DNA of 63,519 nt, the filler included, from Collodictyon triciliatum (Eukaryota): the NCBI GenBank assembly GCA_043381765.1. It is 11 parts of 11 records of this genome, joined end to end, with 100 filler letters (N's around TTAATTAATTAA, not from the genome) between each part and the next. Parts side by side here need not be neighbours in the genome. Positions count along the whole stretch, not along the records: positions 53,529 to 63,519 come from JBHJMP010005439.1; 10 more parts are not named here. One strand, 5' to 3'. Both the position numbers and the translations under genes were made by a program. Below the pieces are notes generated by a model. It worked only from the letters and a program-made list of their open reading frames with translations, ran no database searches and was not told where the DNA came from. Of this stretch, positions 57,001 to 63,519 are shown piece after piece (position 1 is the first letter of the stretch; the number at the start of each line of letters is the position of its first letter).

Positions 57001-60000
57001 ATTGTCGAGTATTTTCATGCGATGGGATTCAAGAATCGGGACAACCGCAACAAAGAAAAATACGTATGATAGTTTATCAGATATATATAATTGTCTATTA
57101 CACGCATTGTATGCCCTTTCTGTTGTCATAGGCTTTTTTTACCTCGCAATAATGCTTTGTCGGCGAAAGTAGAGGTGGTCGGACAGCTCAAGACCGTCGT
57201 TTGAAGTTCCCATGCCACTGCCCGTTCAATAGTGTTAAAGTCTCATAATGTCAAAGCGGAAAGATAAAGAAGCACATTGGCGTCAAAGTGGCCATATGTA
57301 AACATATATTTATATAACATCATCACAAGACACGTGTCATTAGGATTTTCAGTCAGTAGAACGGATAACAACAGATTATATGATGGCTTTGAAAAAATAA
57401 ATACCGATACTCCAGCTCTTGCTGCCACGCTCGCCTCAAGTATGCCACCAGGAAGCGCCGGTCGATGGTCTCGTGTTTCAGTCCAAGAACCTGGAAATGT
57501 GCGTGCAGCAGGCGTGTACAGTTGTGAGCGCTCGTAAGATTGGTGTCAATACAAAGTTGCTGATGGCGACTCGTGGCTAGTCAAAGAAGTACATACACTA
57601 TACACGTGCAACTGAAGCTCGGATATGTCTGCAGACTCATCAAATGCAAGAAGAAAAAGACTGTATTGGATACGGATGTATGGCTCCTTCTTGAACTCGT
57701 TGATGCCGCACGCGTACATCTTCTTTATCGTCCGCATCCTGGTCAATATCGACATATCAGCACAGCGTCATACACAAATTGCATTTGCACGATAAACGCG
57801 GGTCATGGGAAAGCATATAAATCAAGCGAGATAAGTGACCGAGTGTGCATGTCATCATCTCAAAATACTTTGTATCGTCCAGCTCATCATCGGAGAGCGC
57901 GTAGCGCGTGGACAGCTCCACCAAGTACCAGAAGCCAAAGATATGCTTTGCATGCTTATTGTTGACTGCAGAAGAGTACATGTCGCCCAGCTTCTTGAGT
58001 CTTCGGACTGAAAATACACACATTTTTAGAGCGTTGTGTCACAATCAGAAGAGAATATGAGGTGAGTTGACGGACTAGCCATGAGTAGTGTCGATTATAA
58101 ATATTCAAAGTCATCGGGTCTTTGGGAGCCGTAATCGCTAATAGCTCTTTGTGCTCGCTCTATGACGATTTGACGCTGCAATCAATCATTTTACTCACCA
58201 ACAAGGTAGTATGGAGCAGCTGCAGACACAGGAAGAAGCAGACAATAAGCAACAAGCGGCCCGTACTCGTTGTGGTTGAGGCTTGTGGCATATACGACGG
58301 AGAACAGAGATGTCCACGATATCACTCCGATGGACGCCACTTTCTGTGGGAAGACTCATCAATAAGGCTGGCTGAGTGAACGACACACAGCGCGTGTTTG
58401 TACGCACGTATGTATGTATGTATGTATGTATGTATGTATGTATGTATGTATGTATGTATGTATGTATGTATGTATGTATGTATGTATGTATGTATGTATG
58501 TATGTATGTGATGCAACCAGGATGCTTATGGGTCGTTACCAATGCATTTGCGAGAGTTTGATGGAACATGGGATAGCGAATCCACACAACCAAGGATGAG
58601 ACATTGCACACGAAGAGGATGCATGACTTTGCGATGCCGACATCAACCAGGATATGCATGGCGATGANNNNNNNNNNNNNNNNNNNNNNNNNNNNNNNNN
58701 NNNNNNNNNNNNNNNNNNNNNNNNNNNNNNNNNNNNNNNNNNNNNNNNNNNNNNNNNNNNNNNNNNNNNNNNNNNNNNNNNNNNNNNNNNNNNNNNNNNN
58801 NNNNNNNNNNNNNNNNNNNNNNNNNNNNNNNNNNNNNNNNNNNNNNNNNNNNNNNNNNNNNNNNNNNNNNNNNNNNNNNNNNNNNNNNNNNNNNNNNNNN
58901 NNNNNNNNNNNNNNNNNNNNNNNNNNNNNNNNNNNNNNNNNNNNNNNNNNNNNNNNNNNNNNNNNNNNNNNNNNNNNNNNNNNNNNNNNNNNNNNNNNNN
59001 NNNNNNNNNNNNNNNNNNNNNNNNNNNNNNNNNNNNNNNNNNNNNNNNNNNNNNNNNNNNNNNNNNNNNNNNNNNNNNNNNNNNNNNNNNNNNNNNNNNN
59101 NNNNNNNNNNNNNNNNNNNNNNNNNNNNNNNNNNNNNNNNNNNTAGAAAAAGAATAGAAAAAGAATAGAAAAAGAATAGAAAAAGAATAGAAAAAGAATA
59201 GAAAAAGAATAGAAAAAGAATAGAAAAAGAATAGAAAAAGAATAGAAAAAGAATAGAAAAAGAATAGAAAAAGAATAGAAAAAGAATAGAAAAAGAATAG
59301 AAAAAGAATAGAAAAAGAAAAGAAAAAGAATAGAAAAAGAAAAGAAAAAGGAACATATATGAGTGAAAATTGTTTAAGGTCTCATTCTCATCCGTCTCTG
59401 ATACATCAAATGTGTTTGATTCTCTGTTATTATTATAGACTCACACAAGTGCATATGTCAAAGATGCTGTTATGTAAAGCAACGATACGACCGCTGAGAT
59501 TGCGACACTTGTCATGTGAGCCGTGTCTGTACAGACAATCTTATCAGAATCCAGCTGGCAGCCCATTGGAGACATGACAATCTGAATTGGTTGTAAGGTA
59601 AGGTTTGAGTATATGCGCCATCTCGAACACGATGCCTCTCATTCATAAGCCTTGCACTTGAGTATACATTATTCCGCTCAGTACTTATCATTTTTCTTTG
59701 AAATTCATGATAAAACGTGATGTATGGTGAAGTGCTTGTACAGAGAGGAACGGCTGGTATCCAATCTCGTAAAGCACATAGAACGACATGCGTAGGAAAA
59801 GCACCAAGTTTGTATGTGGCACATCTCGGTCCTTATGACGTAAAAGTAGATACACGTGATGTTATAATCGACACAAAAAAGTGAGTCCGAGCAAAGTGTG
59901 CGGTGATGCGTGACGGTCAGTGGATTAGTCAGCGACGTACCTGTACAACCCGCACGCAGTACACAAAAATGGCAAGCGAAATGACAATCAGCGACACAAT

Positions 60001-60916
60001 CAAGTAGAAAAGCGGAGCTTGGACTGCAGGGCTCATCGTCCTGGACGAAGGAAGGAAGGAGTCTGCCACTCTCTGGAAATCCTCCATCGGTGCGTACCAG
60101 CTTATAGATGGCGAGAAGCATAGCATCAAGGTGACTATGGACGCACGCAGTGTGACAACGCACCGTTGAAAACATTAGCAGCATGCCTTATTACTCAGGT
60201 GTATATGTGATATTTCAAACGATAAATAGACGACGGAAAGTATGGCCAGTTTTAGAAACACGTTCCTCTTTCGGTTTTGACGATGCTTGAGCGTAGACGT
60301 AAAAAGGTCATGACAGGATGGAAGGTGATGTAGCATATTGAGATGCTCAAATACATACACCAAAAGTCCAGCCACATGGAGAAGAGAGAGGCGGGCTTTG
60401 ATGAGGTGAGGGTAGTCCTGTGGGTGAGAATCAGGTAGAGCAGGACAAAGCAGTGCTCCTCCAACTCGCGGACCTTTCCGAGCCACCCGGTCTCCTCATA
60501 GATCATTTCGATCTCACCAGACTCCGGAGCAGTGTTTTGCTTGGGTGGCGCGGACAAGATGCATGAATATTTCGGGCGAATAAAGCAAACGATGGTGTAA
60601 GCGGGCGAAAGAATGTCGGAAGAAATGAAGATTAGTTTTAGTGTGGGACTTTTGAGGTGTCTCGGGTAAGTTCATTCTTTGTGGTTTTGACTTGCTCTAT
60701 GGCGCGGGTAGTCGGGTAGCAGCGAGGCAAGAGACGCTTTTTTTTTTTTACATCGAACGAATGAAAAGCTGGAAGAGAAAAGGAACAGGTGCGGGGTACC
60801 TCTGAGCGCTTTGAGGATGCGGCTATTCTTTTTCGGCGGTGAGGCTTTGTTGCGGGGTGTACTGCGAAGCTTGAGGAGGGCTCGGCCTGGTCGGCGCCGG
60901 ACGAAGACGAATCCAT
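54092..60916 (-). CDS. TmcB/TmcC-like large multi-pass membrane protein with helical (TPR-like) cytosolic region, 3' partial
   Basis: N-terminal TM block (CFVLLYLIL..MWLDFW, PLFYLIVSLIVISLAIFVYCV, PMGCQL..VCTDTAH, IRYPMFHQTLAN). Then LVELSTRY, MYACGINEFKKEPYIRIQYSLFL, IDRRFLVAYLRRAWQQ, FQEEAKKTLYYFWRTIL, AYDNLLRRFP, LLRSYGQFWLEIY..YFSIADEIE, and further TM/extracellular modules. The stops I checked fall in GT-AG introns. Confidence 0.68.
59144..59350. repeat. (TAGAAAAAGAA)n 11-mer array
   Basis: Read directly; next to an N gap within the TmcB-like gene. Confidence 0.9.
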
Positions 60917-61431
60917 GATATATCGCCGTGTCTGTCAGTGTTTTAAATCGAGCCTTTTCTTTTCCAAATATCACACTTGAAAAAAGAAAAAAAAGAAGGA
61001 AAGTCAGTTACACAAAACCAAAAAGTAGCCATACGAGAAGAACATCCATTTCGATGGATTCTGCCCATATACATGTTCGTATTTATATTATTCTCTGTAT
61101 CTCTCCTCCTCTTCAATTTCTTTGTCAGACTGGTCAACGCCACCCCAGCGCGGGCGCTTCAGGTACTCAGCGCGCGAAAGAGTCGGCCTGGCACGCGACA
61201 AGTGCATAAGACGCAGAGCAAATAAACACCGCCTGAATATATCCGAAACTTCGCCTCTCGCATGCCTGAGAAATAAAAGCGCAGATACATCGTCCTGCTC
61301 TCGGCTTTTGTGTTTGGAGCTCTGTTTTGCTTCTCAGCCGCCCAAGAGAATACTTCCGCAAGGAGCTTGGCCGCGCTGAAGCTGGTTTTTTTTTCTTGGT
61401 GGTGTTGTCGCTCGAACGCCGTTGCGAAACA

Positions 61432-63383
61432 ATGACGACACGCCCTTCAGTGAAACGTGCTTATTATGGAAGCCAATTTTGTCCACAAAAGGGAAATTAT
61501 GTATGAGGAGATTCCGCATTGGGATATTCGATGCACGAGAAATGAAATCTCCACAATAAGAAAGTGTTCCGCTCCGTGCATTCGCTCCAGTTTTGTATAG
61601 ACTTTGCAAATGCTTTTTGAAGCGTGATTGACGTTTTAGAGGGCGGGTCTCGCCAATTTTTGCAACTGGTACTGCCTATGGCGCAGTGCCTTCGGAGTCA
61701 AGATTACCTTCCCAAGAAAAGAAAAACGCAGCTGCCTTCATTAAGGAGGCGTCGTTTAAGCTCCTCAATCACCAATACACTCCCATGCCAGCAAAAACCG
61801 TCACAAAGGTTGCGCACCTGTCTAATATACCACTGGGGGTTGACTGGACTGACATTTTCGAAGCCTGCAGTGAACACTTCACCCAATCAATGTCAACTGG
61901 ACAAAGCCTGGAGGAATATGCATGAATGATGCACTCGTTACTTTTGACGAAGAACAGGAAGAAGTGGGGAAAATACCTACCTTTGTCATCATTCATGGCA
62001 GACGCTGTCGCGTGGAGATACGCGCCCTCAAAGAGTCTGACATCCCATCAACCCTCCCCAACAAAGAAGGGTATGACACACAATTTCAGACCACAAAAAA
62101 AAACAGCTACTGCCAAGCCGATGCCCACCAAACAGGCGGCCACCAACAAACAAAACGCCACCACTCGCTTCTCAGGCTTCAACACAAAAGTAGCCGATCT
62201 TGTCGCTAAAGACTGGCCAACCGTGCATGAATCGTCTGTGCAAAACAAGTCCAGAGCCCACAAACAAGGCCAAAGGCAACACGCAACGTCTTCTAATATC
62301 AGAGGGAGAAATCGCGACAAGAAAACCGTGGATGAAGTGCTCGAAGTCTCAATCAAGACAAAGGTTCAGGAACGGCCCCAAAATCAAGAAACGGATATCG
62401 AAATGATGGACGAATCACCAGGCGGTTTGTCCGAAAGTGCTTCGTCAAGTTCTCCAATGAACACAGAGAAAGCAGTATCAATCGTGGAATGGCTTCAAAG
62501 TGGAAGAAACATCGCTAGCCTCCAAGATTTCCAACCTCCTCAAGCCGGTGATATCTCGCCAAGCTCTCCGTTAAACCATGGAGAGGACGCCGAGGAAAGG
62601 GAAGTTCAAGCCAACTCGGTAACAGAATCGGGAAACAGCATAATGGCACCCAGCAAACCACACCCGCCTACCTCCTTAGAGGGCATGGCTCCTGGAACCA
62701 CCCAAGAGACTCTCTCTTCAGCAAGTACTGCGGAATCCATAAGAAGCGACGTCCCAGACTCGGGATTGGAAGAATAACAGTCCATCCAACCTGTCGTCAT
62801 CATAGAATGGTCTACTGAAGAAGAAAGTGAGCACCTTGAAGCTTCGGGATCGACAAATTACTCCTCAAGTACTGTTTATGGGAGCAGACCTGCTGTCGAG
62901 ACTCTTGCGACTCCCCAGCGAGAAACACCTTCCTATCCAAGAAAAAGAAAGGTTGATGAATATAAAACACCGGTTACTCATCCTGCAATCACTGGCGCCC
63001 CAAAAATTATCGAAACCGTCGAAGATAAAGCCTCGCCCGATGAAAAGAGAGTGAATCAGTCAAGTACACCACCGAATATAGCGAGCCAGAGAGCAAGCCA
63101 GAATGAAAGTGGAAACATGGTTAGCCCTGCCTACCGCGTGGATGAGGGAGAAAAATTGGAACCGAGGGGTACCGATGACCAACAGAGTGCATATCCCAAC
63201 ACACCAGCTACAAAGGGGGTGCAGCCAGAAGCCCAAGACTATCCAACATATTCTGGCTGAACCGCGAGCAATTATAACACTGGCCGAATGAAGGATGACT
63301 CGAGTAAACCATTCCACTCTGAGCAACCCAGCTCCAGCGGAGAGGGCCAACCACCGGGGGCTACGGTCTTCAAAAGCCAGTAG
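61432..63383 (+). pseudogene. LINE ORF1, disrupted (RRM-like region then low-complexity S/T/P/E tail)
   Basis: VAHLSNIPLGVDWTDIFEACSEHF / PINVNW..DALVTF..IPTFVIIHGRRCRV needs a frameshift near 61880, and another at the A-run near 62100. In-frame stops at ~61557, 61629, 62775 and 63258; final TAG at 63381-63383. Confidence 0.65.
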
Positions 63384-63390
63384 ATTATTC

Positions 63391-63519
63391 ATGCGTTTTA
63401 ACGTTCTGTCGTGGAATATTAGGGGGATTAACGACCCCCAAAAAAGAAAAGAGGCCCTAAACACTGCTCTTTTCTCTCATGCAGACATCATCTGCCTCCA
63501 AGAAACATGGCTCAGCCCT
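63391..63519 (+). CDS. LINE ORF2 N-terminus (APE-like endonuclease), runs off the window
   Basis: MRFNVLSWNIRGINDPQKRKEALNTALFSHADIICLQETWLSP carries the WNIRG and DIICLQET endonuclease motifs. Confidence 0.9.
   Translation, partial: MRFNVLSWNIRGINDPQKRKEALNTALFSHADIICLQETWLSP

Larger units (their letters stand above)
61432..63519 (+). mobile_element. Non-LTR retrotransposon (LINE, L1/Tx1-like), 5' portion
   Basis: An intronless, disrupted ORF1 is followed 7 nt after its TAG by ORF2, which begins with an AP-endonuclease motif. The 5' boundary is uncertain. Confidence 0.85.

Noticed and set aside
54092-60557. Stop-codon reassignment or pseudogenisation suggested by many in-frame TAA/TAG/TGA
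   Set aside because: The stops I traced fall inside GT-AG introns, and other genes end normally in TAA, TAG or TGA.

Overview
This is eukaryotic (protist) genomic DNA, not one continuous locus. Eleven short contigs (most about 5.14-5.16 kb) are joined by 100-nt artificial spacers (N44-TTAATTAATTAA-N44), so gene adjacency across spacers is meaningless. The genome is intron-dense, with AT-rich, microsatellite-laden introns and the standard genetic code. By manual splicing I recognise: myotubularin, CBP80/NCBP1, a P4-ATPase flippase, a class I HDAC, a FAM166-like ciliary repeat protein, an LRR-Roc-COR-kinase (Roco) protein, ARPC3, mitoribosomal mS23, a PiT phosphate transporter, a stand-alone CinA/MoCF-domain protein, a RING protein, MFSD5, a C2 protein, an HD-domain hydrolase, a U-box-Kelch protein, a TmcB-like membrane protein and the 5' part of a decaying LINE. 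The content implies a flagellated, mitochondriate protist; I cannot name the species. The most notable feature is the Roco gene. Each of its four visible LRRs is a separate 69-nt phase-0 exon, one with a GC donor. Roc-COR and the kinase are giant exons, the kinase is non-RD, and the protein ends in two SAM-like domains and a CaaX box (CLLI). This fits a membrane-anchored receptor with an exon-shufflable sensor. All gene models are hand-spliced and unverified by RNA data.
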